Positions 39,301 to 48,381 of a stretch of 64,000 nt of DNA are shown one piece after another. How positions within the stretch are numbered: the stretch's first letter is position 1; every line of letters begins with the position of its first letter. The notes beneath the pieces were generated by a model. The model had not been told where the DNA came from and did no database searches. It saw nothing but the letters and a program-made list of their open reading frames with translations. Both the position numbers and the translations under genes were made by a program. The DNA comes from Myxococcota bacterium (lineage in GTDB: Bacteria; Myxococcota_A; SURF-8), in the NCBI GenBank assembly GCA_963674735.2, contig CAXXQS010000001.1, positions 96,001 through 160,000 of the forward strand. Reading direction: 5' to 3'.

Positions 39301-40728
39301 GAAATTGCGATGTACGATGAATTGGTATGCCGCTTTGGTGGAAGTGAAGAGTGGAGTTTGCGCAATTATGTAGCGTGGGCAATGATAAATAAGGCGGTGA
39401 CATTACAAAATGAAAAGCAGTTAGAATTGGCTTTTTCTGAATATGATGCGGTTCTTGATCGGGTTGCTATTTGGATCGGAGATGGAAAGCTTGATCGTGT
39501 ATGGCAGTTGTTCAAGAGGTCAGGCTTGGATTTTGATATCGATAAATATCTGGAGCCTGACGGGGATTCTGAAGATTTGCCGGATCTGGATTTATTTTTT
39601 AATTCCGATAAGGATGAGATCTTCTCTTATGCTGTTGAAGCGCTGTCTGGCAAGGGAGATATTCTCGGGTTAACTGGGCAAAATCAACAGGCTATTGATA
39701 TTTACGATGAAGTAATCAGTTTGTTAGATGGCCGAGACGAGGACAATTTATTAAAGATATTTGCCTGGACCTTGGTGAACAAGGGAGTATCGCTGGGGCA
39801 ACTCAACCGCCCAGACGAGGAACTGGCGGTTTACGATGATGTGATCGCGCGTTTCGGCTCACGTGATGAAGTGGCGCTTTTGGAACAGGTGGCGAAGGCT
39901 TTGATTTATAAGGGGATTACGCTGGGTCAGCTTGGCCGCTCGGACGAGGCCTTGGCGGTTTACGAGGATGTAGTCGCGCGTTTCGGCTCTCGTGATGAAG
40001 CGGTTCTTCTGGATCCGGTGGCGTCGGCCCTGGTGAACAAGGGAGTTACGCTGGGTCAGCTTGGCCGCTCGGACGAGGCCTTGGCGGTTTACGAGGATGT
40101 AGTCGCGCGTTTCGGATCACGTGAGGAATTGGCGCTTCTGGAGCAAGTGGCGAAGGCCTTGGTGGGCAAGGGGGTTACGCTGGGTGAGATCGGCCACCCG
40201 GACGAGGCCTTGGCTGCTTACGAGGATGTGATTGCGCGTTTCGGCTCACGTGATGAAGTGGTCTTGCTTGAGCAAGTGGCGACGGCGTATAACGGGAAAG
40301 CATGGGGGGTGTATGAATCGCGCCAGGATGAAAAGCTTTCCGACGCCATTGTTTTTGGTCAACGTGCTCTTGAATTGCAACCGGAGGAAAACTGGTATCG
40401 GCACACGCTGGCGTCCGTGTTGGGCCTGGTGGGCCGCTGGCCGGAAGCCCTGGAGCAGGCGCGCCATTTTGTCGATGATGAAACGCTGGTTGAGCAAGCT
40501 CTTGACGATATCGTGGATTTCTTCATCTTGGCGGCGGCTTCGGGGCAGGCTGGGCTTGCGCTCGATGGGTTGCTTGGAACGAAAAGCGCGGCCGCCCGGC
40601 CTGCTTTACCCCTCGCGCTGGCCATGAGCCTCGGCCAACAACCCGATGCAACGCCGGAGCTTCTGGCCGCCGCCCGCGAGATCGTCACCCGAATCGAAAC
40701 CCGCAAGGCCGAGCTTGCGCAGATGTAA
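36316..40728 (+). CDS. Multidomain protein: class III nucleotide-cyclase-like domain, CHAT/caspase-like protease, STAND-type P-loop NTPase and TPR array
   Basis: LVDVEGFT...GTGDG...RLRMGIVLGDV...DAARF (cyclase-like); FFYGHG...VVFACHG (His-Cys dyad); PFVGR...GRGGLGKT...LWLLDD (STAND); 43-aa TPR repeats. Confidence 0.8.
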   Translation: MMQVTHVPVLLVDVEGFTTHSVPERRTILRRLQEKLTDCARFFMPLGDPWDKWTRHGTGDGYYFIFDGLGKDAALVAMEYARRLEEAFFRYNAEEAEGLPLRLRMGIVLGDVETVDDQFNSEVMCDAARFVDDPEFKNYFAGLSTATGLIVSQHFYSEWREAARKDKQEIFAASRDLSFSPVRIVDKHGRPYEGRVLGSGWTAEPAREEVKPRLKILMLIGCSVEERLPEAIEMAREAASEWMASGLHVDVRVDQASVAAIRREAKREPDWLFFYGHGSEDGRLQFADGLKSYEEIGQHDTFWKRLKLAVVFACHGRQFAENLPGPWLAFDGPVWREAPKGLMRVLVEQLASKPVGEALKPALAACREEMTSDFVDLLRRSDEQEPAIPLPSEIVPKGEPIITRLNAGIAGHANVEFKIGSVTYPAHDPFVGRVAMLKKMLELPGGAKDVSDRNVRWLCGRGGLGKTALMQEAALCAQNLVFHEDGEPLYVFLMSCHEITELKQLNEELGRRLAGHYGLDLPEPSVDAVLKELGKQPKARHLWLLDDLTYITPRRDQKDDATRFVDDLKFRAGNAALTLALRVSTRQDAPAHLGPLPIAPLDPLDARELAECVYRRSAQTSPDRQPDYAGALKLFHLVGQSTALYKLSLILAADNQRSFGEHAKRLSEQGSLEGMDIEELAAKMIQVEVESLGAMEQRLQFDFKAFMPCLYDIILRAGSIKIVDADEWETDLENWFGDRLNRSGQANGTRRVYRNGLEYLVRLGLLALEARPHADPAYTLPPNQRLAIKALRQCRDEAVQSMPWRALKSRSLLLFEQAMANPELALAEVEQEYNEYEPYFDEDPTTALAVIDHFIDVGIYGDFKEKPELECDVYDTAINHFERREEVPVKKMVIKALNRKGRWLNENKRPEEAVQVHDEVLRRIDELEKDGLLADSQVEPPEKGRDSDDVDSLIALLDEPSLSTSEIAEAKLHEMASSSLLGKGLAYDKLKDYENEIAMYDELVCRFGGSEEWSLRNYVAWAMINKAVTLQNEKQLELAFSEYDAVLDRVAIWIGDGKLDRVWQLFKRSGLDFDIDKYLEPDGDSEDLPDLDLFFNSDKDEIFSYAVEALSGKGDILGLTGQNQQAIDIYDEVISLLDGRDEDNLLKIFAWTLVNKGVSLGQLNRPDEELAVYDDVIARFGSRDEVALLEQVAKALIYKGITLGQLGRSDEALAVYEDVVARFGSRDEAVLLDPVASALVNKGVTLGQLGRSDEALAVYEDVVARFGSREELALLEQVAKALVGKGVTLGEIGHPDEALAAYEDVIARFGSRDEVVLLEQVATAYNGKAWGVYESRQDEKLSDAIVFGQRALELQPEENWYRHTLASVLGLVGRWPEALEQARHFVDDETLVEQALDDIVDFFILAAASGQAGLALDGLLGTKSAAARPALPLALAMSLGQQPDATPELLAAAREIVTRIETRKAELAQM
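39763..40281 (+). repeat. Four near-identical 129-bp (43-aa) TPR-encoding tandem repeats
   Basis: GCTGGGTCAGCTTGGCCGCTCGGACGAGGCCTTGGCGGTTTACGAGGATGTAGTCGCGCGTTTCGG recurs at 39921 and 40050; protein unit A.AL.NKG.TLGQLGR.DEALAVYEDV.ARFGSRDE..LLEQV. Confidence 0.9.
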
Positions 40729-40758
40729 GGGACGCGGGATTGCGAAACCGCACCGCCC

Positions 40759-42501
40759 TCAGGCTTTGTCCCAGCCGCCCGACTTGCGCAGGCTCTCGAC
40801 CTCTTCCTCGGCAAGCTGCTTGATTTCCACGTAGTCCGTTTTGGCCACGCGGTTGAGCGGCAGGCCCATGGGTTCGAGGATCACGTAATGACTGGGACGC
40901 ATGTAAGCCGCCAGCCCTTTGGCGTGCGCCTGCAATTCTTCGACCGTCAGCTCCACGTCGGCCTGCGGTTGAATGTAGGCCACGATTCCCTCTGAAAACA
41001 CCTCGTGCTCGACCCCCACCACGCCGCAGGCGGCCACTTTATCGGCCAGCTCGCAGAAGTGGTCCTCCACCTGCGCCGGAAACACCTGGTAGCCCTTGGG
41101 TTTGATGACGTGCCGGGCGCGCGCGGCGAAATGCAAGCCCTTGTCGTCCACATAACCCAAATCGCCGGTGTAGCAGGTGCCGTCTGTGGCGATGGTCTGG
41201 GCGGTGGCTGAAGGGGCGTTGACGTAGCCGAGGAAGGTTTGCGGACCCTTGAAGCAGATGTGTCCCACTTCCCCGCGCGGCTTTTCCTCGCCGGGCGAAC
41301 CGTCGGCGTTCATGCGGTGGCGGATGGTCAGCGGATACACCGGCATATCGTAGCCCACCCCCGCCAGGATGTCGTCCACCGTGCCGTCGAGCGGGCTATA
41401 GGTGCAGAATCCGGCGGTTTCGGTCAGGCCTAGTCCGGTGCCGAAGCCGGGAGCCATTTTCTTCAGCTTCTCCAAAAACTGCCGCGAAACCTGCTGCCCG
41501 CCGTAAAGCGCGAAATCGAGGCTGGAGAGATCGTACTGGTCGTAATTGGGCAGCCGCCACTCCAGGTTGAACAGCGCCGGGATCTGCCCGAAGCAGTTCA
41601 CCTTGTAATCCTGAATGGCCTGGAGGGTCTTTTCGGGGTCGAAGATGTGCAGGATGACGGCCGTCTGCCCGTAAAACATCACGGTCATGAGTTGTTCGGT
41701 CTGGCAGCCCACGTGCGAGGGCGGCAGATTGACCAGCATGCGCGCGTTTTCGCGGATATCGAAGGCCGCGCCCAGGCACATGGTCTGGCAGGTGATGTTG
41801 CGGTGCGATAACAGCGCGGGCTTGGGATAGCCGGTGGACCCGGTGGTGAAGATCACCAGCGCGCCGTCGTTTTCGTCGATGGCGGCGTTAAAGGCTCCGA
41901 AGCGCTTCAACAGATCCGATTTTTCGGGCTTGGCCAGCGCTTTTTTGGCCAGCTTCTTCGCTTCTTCGGCGAGGACGAAGGCCGAGGTCGCGCCCTTGAT
42001 GGTGTCGCCGGGGGCGGCGAATTGGATGAAATGCTTGACGCTCGGGCAGTTGGCCATCACGGCGCGGCCCAGTTCGCTGAAATCGGCCACCGGGGTTTTA
42101 CCCAAAAACGCATAGCCCTTGGCGGAGACGAGGTTGACGCTGCGCACCACTTCCGGACCCTTGAGCCGCAGGTCCAGCGGGACGGCGACGACGCCGATTT
42201 TGAAGCAGGCGAATTCGAGAAAGATGTGTTCCGTGAGCAGCGGCAGCGAGGTGGCCAGGTAGTCGCCTTTTTCGAACCCCAGCTCGACCAGCTTGAGCGC
42301 CAGCGCCGTGGTGGTCTGGTCGAAACGCTGCCAGGTGATTTCGTCTTTCGTATCGGCGTTGATGAAGGCGATGCCCTGCGGGCTTTCTTTGGCCCATTTC
42401 GCGACCAGACCGTGCAGCAGGTGGCGGTCGGCGTAGTCTTTGTCGAAGTGGTCGAGGGTCATCTGCGGTACGCCGTTGCGTGTTTCGTACGAAATGCTCA
42501 T
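40759..42501 (-). CDS. AMP-dependent acyl-CoA synthetase/ligase
   Basis: IFTTGSTGYPK, GLGLTET, YTGDLG, IKPKGYQVFP, RVAK. Confidence 0.92.
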   Translation of the reverse strand: MSISYETRNGVPQMTLDHFDKDYADRHLLHGLVAKWAKESPQGIAFINADTKDEITWQRFDQTTTALALKLVELGFEKGDYLATSLPLLTEHIFLEFACFKIGVVAVPLDLRLKGPEVVRSVNLVSAKGYAFLGKTPVADFSELGRAVMANCPSVKHFIQFAAPGDTIKGATSAFVLAEEAKKLAKKALAKPEKSDLLKRFGAFNAAIDENDGALVIFTTGSTGYPKPALLSHRNITCQTMCLGAAFDIRENARMLVNLPPSHVGCQTEQLMTVMFYGQTAVILHIFDPEKTLQAIQDYKVNCFGQIPALFNLEWRLPNYDQYDLSSLDFALYGGQQVSRQFLEKLKKMAPGFGTGLGLTETAGFCTYSPLDGTVDDILAGVGYDMPVYPLTIRHRMNADGSPGEEKPRGEVGHICFKGPQTFLGYVNAPSATAQTIATDGTCYTGDLGYVDDKGLHFAARARHVIKPKGYQVFPAQVEDHFCELADKVAACGVVGVEHEVFSEGIVAYIQPQADVELTVEELQAHAKGLAAYMRPSHYVILEPMGLPLNRVAKTDYVEIKQLAEEEVESLRKSGGWDKA

Positions 42502-42685
42502 GTGCTTATCCTCTCGAAGCAAGGTCGTCAGAAAGCCCGGCCGGGTTTACCGAAAAGGCGGCGTCCACCCCGATTGAACGGAGGTCTCGGACGCGGCAAT
42601 CGGCGCGCCACCAACTGGCGCGTGTTTCGCTGAGTGGATCTAAGATACCGGAGTCTTGCAGGCTGTCAACCGATTTTGAAAATTT

Positions 42686-43729
42686 TCATACATGAGCGCT
42701 TGTCTTCGCGCTGTCCTGCACCGTTTGCCAGAGGCGCAGGAAGTTACCCCCGAGAATCTTGGCGATGCGTTCGGGGGAGTAGCCGAGTTCGAGCATCCCC
42801 TCGGTGAGGCGCGGCAAGGTGGTGATGTCGCGCAGACCGTGGGCGGGCAGGATATAGCCGTCCAGATCGCTGCCGATGGCGGCATGGTCCTCGCCGACCG
42901 TGTTGACGATGTGGTCCACGTGCCGCAGCCAGTCGTCGCGGTTCGCGTTCAGCCCGTCGGTGAGGAAGTTGGCGGCGAACATCACGCCCGCCACCCCGCC
43001 GTTGTCGGCCAGGGCCTTCAACATTTCGTCGTCCAGGTTGCGCCACAGGGGCCGCACGCCGCCGATGCCGCAGTGGGAGACCAAACAGGGGGCCCGACTG
43101 AGCGTGACGGCGTCCATGAAACCCGGTTTGTTGACATGGGCGACATCGACGATCAGGCCGCGCCGGTTCATCTCCGCCACCAGATCGCGCCCGTATCCAC
43201 TGAGACCGGCGTTCGGCTTGGCGCCCAGGCCTTTGGCGCAGGACGCGGCCTTGTTGGTCGAGAAATGCGTAAGGGTGATGTAGCGCACGCCGTTGGCATA
43301 AGCCGTGTCGAGGTGGTCGAGGTCGTCTCCCAGGCAGTGTGCGCCTTCAAGTCCCGCAAATCCGCTATAGGCCCCGCGCGCACGCGCCGCCAGAGCGTCG
43401 GCGGGTGTTTGCGCCTGCACGAGCCGTCCTTCCGAGCGTTTGACGGCTTCGCGCTGCAAAGCAAGCTGACGCAAGGTGTTTTTCCAGGCATTGGCGGGGC
43501 GGGAAAGCGGATTGACCACCACCCCGAAGGCGCAGAAATCGACACCACCCTCCGCCATGCGCGGCAGATCCACATGGCTGCCGATGACCCCCCAGGGGGT
43601 CCAGGAACGATGGCGCTTGAGGAAGTCGTAGCCGAACTGGCGCGCCAGCAAAAAAGAATCCACATGCAGATCGGCCACGAAACAGGCGTCGTGCAGTTCC
43701 CGCGCTTCTTTCGATACGTAAACGGTCAT
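42686..43729 (-). CDS. Membrane dipeptidase family (M19) protein
   Basis: DLHVD, HVDLPRM..GG, LEGA, LTH, EMNRRG.IVDVAH, SH, RNLDD, GSDLDG, KILGGN. Confidence 0.92.
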   Translation of the reverse strand: MTVYVSKEARELHDACFVADLHVDSFLLARQFGYDFLKRHRSWTPWGVIGSHVDLPRMAEGGVDFCAFGVVVNPLSRPANAWKNTLRQLALQREAVKRSEGRLVQAQTPADALAARARGAYSGFAGLEGAHCLGDDLDHLDTAYANGVRYITLTHFSTNKAASCAKGLGAKPNAGLSGYGRDLVAEMNRRGLIVDVAHVNKPGFMDAVTLSRAPCLVSHCGIGGVRPLWRNLDDEMLKALADNGGVAGVMFAANFLTDGLNANRDDWLRHVDHIVNTVGEDHAAIGSDLDGYILPAHGLRDITTLPRLTEGMLELGYSPERIAKILGGNFLRLWQTVQDSAKTSAHV

Positions 43730-44811
43730 GAAGCATCCTCGAAGTAGCGGTGAAAAGCGCTCGGCAGGGCGTCGACCGGCACGCGTTCGGCCAGCGGTGA
43801 GAGATTCTGCTCGTTGTAGGTATTCCAGTACAGCACCGGTTCCGTCCCGTGGCGGCCGTCCCGAACCGCGTCGAGCAGGGCGGCGACGGTTTTGCCGGTA
43901 TAGGTGGTTTCGAGACGCAGCCCCGCTTTTTGCCCGAGTTCCACCGCCTCGGCGGATGCCGTGGTGACGTCGCCGTAGCCGTCACCGATGTAGCCGTCCA
44001 GAAGCGTCACCGCCGCGGCATCGAGCCGTTGCCAGTCAACGTCATGGCCGAAGGCCTGCATCAGGGCGGCGGTTTTGTTGGCCAGCTGCGCAATGGCGGT
44101 CGGATTGGCCAGAAACGACGGTACTACGCGCACGCCGATGACTTGGGTGGGCCAGTCCATCAGGCGGAAACCGACGATCAGTCCGGCCAGCGTTCCGCAG
44201 GTTCCGGCGGGCACGTAGATTGCTTTGGGGATGGGGCACAGGCCGTCGCGTACCTGCTCGGCCAGTTCGAACGCGGCATTGACGTATCCCAGCGCCCCCA
44301 GAGGCGAAGAACCGCCGCCGGGGATGACCGTCAGGCGTTGGCCCACCATGGGCAAGCGGGCCATGGCCTCGTAGCGGCCCATGCGCCACACCAGTTGCGG
44401 ATAACTGGGGGCCAGCTCCAATTCCGCCCCCGCGTAATGAAACAGCCGCAGGCTCATGCGCACGTGTTCGGTCACCGGCTGGTTAAACAGCACCAGGCGG
44501 CAGGCCAGCCCGAATTCACGCGCGAACAGAGCGGTGGCGAGTGCGTGGTTGCTGCCGATCGCGCCGGTGGTGACCACCCGTTTCGAGCCGCGCTTGAGGG
44601 CTCCCGCCAGTAGGAATTCGAGTTTACGCACTTTATTGCCGCCGTAAAGGTCGTGGCTCAATCCGTCGCGTTTGACCCACACCTCGGCTCCGCCACGGTC
44701 GCTGAGAAAGGCATTGCGTTGGACCGGCGTGGGCAGTGCGGCGAAGGGCCGATGGGGCAATTCGGCGAGAGAAGGGTAGGCGTCGAAAAGGGGACGATGA
44801 TCGGTGGACAT
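43726..44811 (-). CDS. PLP-dependent D-cysteine desulfhydrase / ACC deaminase family protein
   Basis: PTPV, VKRDG...GGNKVRKLEFL, SNHA, PGGGS...GALGY, GTCGT, LETTYTGK. Confidence 0.88.
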   Translation of the reverse strand: MSTDHRPLFDAYPSLAELPHRPFAALPTPVQRNAFLSDRGGAEVWVKRDGLSHDLYGGNKVRKLEFLLAGALKRGSKRVVTTGAIGSNHALATALFAREFGLACRLVLFNQPVTEHVRMSLRLFHYAGAELELAPSYPQLVWRMGRYEAMARLPMVGQRLTVIPGGGSSPLGALGYVNAAFELAEQVRDGLCPIPKAIYVPAGTCGTLAGLIVGFRLMDWPTQVIGVRVVPSFLANPTAIAQLANKTAALMQAFGHDVDWQRLDAAAVTLLDGYIGDGYGDVTTASAEAVELGQKAGLRLETTYTGKTVAALLDAVRDGRHGTEPVLYWNTYNEQNLSPLAERVPVDALPSAFHRYFEDAS

Positions 44812-44968
44812 CGGACCTCCGTCGTGATTGGAACAGGGGTTATGCAGTCGCCGCGATTATAGGCCCATGCCGGGCGGGATGGCAACTGATTCCGAGTCGA
44901 ATGCGGATTGACAGGACGCGGATTTCGGTACAGGATGCAGGCTGTACGACGCAAACGAGCCAACCCGT

Positions 44969-46513
44969 GTGCTTGACGATTTGAATGCTGAGGAGCAGAC
45001 CGCCATTCCCGCAAACGCGATGTCCATATCCAGGCCCGCCAGTCGTTGGATCGAAATCATCCTCTGCCTGTTGGAGTCCGTGTTGCTGCTGAGCCTGTTC
45101 TGGACGCTCGGCGAGGCTGCGAAATACGCCGTTCAGATTTTCATGGGAACCTTCATCCTGTGGTTCGGCGGGCTGTCCCTTATTCTGGCCGTGGGAGTCG
45201 GGGTTGTGCACTCGCGAGTGGTGCGGCGTCGTAGCCGATGGCATATCCCCCTTGTGCTGGCGTTTTTGGGTTTGTGGATCGTGTCGATCGGGTCGCAGGC
45301 CGAACGCATCGTGGATGCGCGCAGCTTTCTGCATGATCGAACGGATGATGCTGTGTGGGTTTATCGCGATACGGTCATTCATTCGAACCACATTTCGCCT
45401 TGGCACGTCAAAGTGGATGCTTGTGGTTTTCGCAACCAGGAAGAAACCGTTCTTTCCACGCCACGTCCGCGCGTTGTGACACTCGGCGACTCTTATATGT
45501 TCTGTCCCGGTGTCGAGGATGCCGAAGCCATTACGCCGGTTCTACAAGCCACGCTTGCCGAGAACGGATTTCCGGCGGTCGTGCGCAATGCGGCGGTGCA
45601 CGGAACCGCTTTGGTTTCTCATCCGCGCACGTTGCGCCATGCCATGGACTGCTACGATCCCGACCTGGTGCTGCTGTATCTCAATCCCGGCGATTCGGAA
45701 TTTCGCTTCGATACCATGACCCGTTTGGACAAACTGCGAGACGATGTGTGGCCGCGGGTCGTGGCCGCCCTGAATCTGGATGTTTTTCAGATTGTGGCCG
45801 AGCGGATTTGGATGAAAGTCCTGATGCCCGATCCAATGCATGAAACGAAAGTGGCTGAGGCGATGAACCGCGATCTGGATGCCATCCTGCGCTTGGTCGG
45901 GACCGCCGACCTGCTGATCGTCACAAATTTGCATTGGGAGGAATGGCAGCCGGTGGCCGAGTGGATCGGCCGCCATCCGGAGGTCAATTGGCTGGATGTA
46001 ACTCGCGACCCGGCTTGGCATGCGGTTGAGACCCTGGGGATCGATCCCCATTGGTCGCCGCGCGGCATCGAACAAATCGCCGAATTTCTGGCTCCGAGGG
46101 TCGCCGCCGTTTTGCAAAGCGACAAGCAGCCCGCCATTCGGCATGAACCGGATTGGGTTGCCTTGCGCCAAGCCCACGCGCCGCGTGCCCGGACGAACGC
46201 GGATACCGGCCAAGCAGCACCGAAGGCGGTTGAGTTGACCTCGCTTGAGGCTCAAGTCGAGGGTCTGCGCATCGAGGAAAAAGAGGGTGGGGGGATGATC
46301 ATCCTACCGGCTTTCGATGGCGAACCGCCGGTTGAGATCAGCGCTTATTGGTGTAACCAGGAAAGATACTACAAGCGGATCGGCGAGGTTTGTTTCGCTA
46401 TCCGTACCGTGCCGCTCAGTCCGAACCAGGAACGGCGCGTCACCGAGTTCTTCGAGGCGACACAAGGCTTTTTTGGTTCTCAACACTTGTCGTATCCCGA
46501 GAAAACCGATTAA
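44969..46513 (+). CDS. Membrane-anchored SGNH/GDSL hydrolase-like protein (start uncertain, possibly 45020)
   Basis: Three N-terminal TM segments; GFRN...RVVTLGDSY, NAAVHG, PDLVLL and DPHW catalytic block. Confidence 0.7.
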   Translation: MLDDLNAEEQTAIPANAMSISRPASRWIEIILCLLESVLLLSLFWTLGEAAKYAVQIFMGTFILWFGGLSLILAVGVGVVHSRVVRRRSRWHIPLVLAFLGLWIVSIGSQAERIVDARSFLHDRTDDAVWVYRDTVIHSNHISPWHVKVDACGFRNQEETVLSTPRPRVVTLGDSYMFCPGVEDAEAITPVLQATLAENGFPAVVRNAAVHGTALVSHPRTLRHAMDCYDPDLVLLYLNPGDSEFRFDTMTRLDKLRDDVWPRVVAALNLDVFQIVAERIWMKVLMPDPMHETKVAEAMNRDLDAILRLVGTADLLIVTNLHWEEWQPVAEWIGRHPEVNWLDVTRDPAWHAVETLGIDPHWSPRGIEQIAEFLAPRVAAVLQSDKQPAIRHEPDWVALRQAHAPRARTNADTGQAAPKAVELTSLEAQVEGLRIEEKEGGGMIILPAFDGEPPVEISAYWCNQERYYKRIGEVCFAIRTVPLSPNQERRVTEFFEATQGFFGSQHLSYPEKTD

Positions 46514-46847
46514 TTTAGATCGGAATTCTGCCCGAGTCGGCGAGGGGGCGGAAAGCCGGTTATCGGCAGCGGAATGTACCGCAAATCGACATTCCTCAGT
46601 TATAACTTAAAGTTGTAGGATCCTGTTTGGGATGTTTCCTTGAAGAGTGCGGGAATAATAGTTATTCCAGTGAGTTATCACCTTGTCTTTTCATAAATGA
46701 TGCTTGACGTGGATTCATAAACCTGCTATTGGGTTGGCTGCTTGGGAAAAGCGTTAGATCGTCGCACCTCATATTTAGGTGTGGAGAGCGTTCAGTTGTG
46801 AAAAGCGGGTTCTACGCTTTCAAACTTGTTGAATAAAGGAGAATACC

Positions 46848-48041
46848 ATGATTAAGCCGCACGGTTCCGAAACTCTGAATCCTTTGTATGTCGAGGATGC
46901 CGCCAAACGCGAGGCGCTGATTAAAGAGGCCGAGGGTCTGCCCTCCATCACGATCAGCTCCGCCGCCGCCGGCAACGCGGTTATGCTCGGTTCGGGTTAC
47001 TTCAATCCGCTGACCGGTTACATGAACAAAGCCGACTCCATCGCCGTCTGCAAAAACATGCACACCACCAGCGGCCTGTTCTGGCCGACCCCCGTTCTGA
47101 ACGTGGTCGAAGACGCCGCCGCCATCCAGGGCGCCAAGCGTATCGCCCTGCGCGACCCGAACGTGGACGGCAACCCGATTCTGGCCATCCAGGATGTGGA
47201 AGCCATCGAGACCTTCACCGACGCCGAAATGGCGGAAATGACCGAAGCCGTCTTCCGCACCACCGACGAAGCCCATCCGGGCGTCAAGGCTTTCAATACC
47301 GTCGGCAAAACCTGCATCAGCGGCCCCATCCAGGTGCTGAATTACAGCTACTTCGACAAAGAATTCCCCGAGACCTTCCGCACCGCCATGCAGATCCGCA
47401 ACGACATCGAAAAACGCGGCTGGAACACCGTCGTGGCCTTCCAGACTCGTAACCCGATGCATCGCGCCCATGAGGGCCTCACCAAAATGGCCATGGAAGC
47501 CGTGAACGCCGACGGCGCGGTCATCCATATGCTGCTTGGTAAACTGAAGCCCGGCGACATTCCCGCCGACGTGCGTGACGCCGCCATCCGCAAAATGGTC
47601 GAACTGTACTTCAAACCCAACACCGCGATGATCACCGGTTACGGCTTCGATATGCTGTATGCCGGTCCGCGTGAGGCCGTGTTGCACGCCGTGTTCCGTC
47701 AGAACATGGGCTGCACCCACCTGATCGTCGGTCGCGACCACGCCGGTGTGGGCGACTACTACGGCGCTTTCGACGCCCAGACCATCTTCGACGACATCAC
47801 CAAAGAAGATATGCAGATCGAGATCTTCCGCGGCGATCACACCGCTTACAGCAAGAAGCTGGGCAAAGTGATCATGATGGGTTCGGTTTCCGACCACACC
47901 AAAGAAGACTGGGTCTTCCTGTCGGGCACCAAGGTGCGCACCATGTTGGCCGCGGGCGAAGCCCTGCCGCCCGAGTTCGCGCGTCCCGAAGTGGCCAAGA
48001 TCCTGATGGGCTACTATCAGTCCGAAGCCGCCAAAAACTAA
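46848..48041 (+). CDS. sat: Sulfate adenylyltransferase (ATP sulfurylase)
   Basis: VAFQTRNPMHRAHE, LKPGDIPA, MLYAGPREAVLHA, IVGRDHAGVGDYY, LSGTKVR; strong RBS AAGGAG. Confidence 0.97.
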   Translation: MIKPHGSETLNPLYVEDAAKREALIKEAEGLPSITISSAAAGNAVMLGSGYFNPLTGYMNKADSIAVCKNMHTTSGLFWPTPVLNVVEDAAAIQGAKRIALRDPNVDGNPILAIQDVEAIETFTDAEMAEMTEAVFRTTDEAHPGVKAFNTVGKTCISGPIQVLNYSYFDKEFPETFRTAMQIRNDIEKRGWNTVVAFQTRNPMHRAHEGLTKMAMEAVNADGAVIHMLLGKLKPGDIPADVRDAAIRKMVELYFKPNTAMITGYGFDMLYAGPREAVLHAVFRQNMGCTHLIVGRDHAGVGDYYGAFDAQTIFDDITKEDMQIEIFRGDHTAYSKKLGKVIMMGSVSDHTKEDWVFLSGTKVRTMLAAGEALPPEFARPEVAKILMGYYQSEAAKN

Positions 48042-48060
48042 GCGGTCAAGCTCGTCTTTC

Positions 48061-48090
48061 AAAGTCCGCCCTTTCGGGGGCGGGCTTTTT
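48061..48090 (+). terminator. Rho-independent terminator after sat
   Basis: AAAGTCCGCCC-TTTCGG-GGGCGGGCTTT followed by TT. Confidence 0.8.
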
Positions 48091-48381
48091 GCGTTTAGGG
48101 GTAGGGGTGCCGGTTATGCTTCAATGGGGGACGATCGGTTCTTCCGTCGGAGCAGGGCTCCCGTCCTGCCCTGTTGGTTTGTCTTCAAACAAGGCTCCTG
48201 CCTTGTTTCCGGCGGGGTCGGTTTGGGTGAAAGGATCAAGTCAAACATGCGGAGCATGACAGAGCCATGCTCCTGCTTAAAAGGTCCGACTAGTCAAAGA
48301 AATTTCCTCGCTAATAGTGCTCTTTAGTGTTCGTTTCCCATGCTGGAGCGCGTCTCCGACGGGTTCCCGGCTTTGTGTTTT

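Noticed and set aside
39763-40281. Near-identical repeats as a possible diversity-generating retroelement template/variable pair
   Set aside because: They are in-frame tandem TPRs, differences are not confined to adenines, and no reverse transcriptase is present.
46848-48041. sat as proof of dissimilatory sulfate reduction or sulfur oxidation
   Set aside because: sat alone is not diagnostic; no apr, qmo or dsr genes are in the window.
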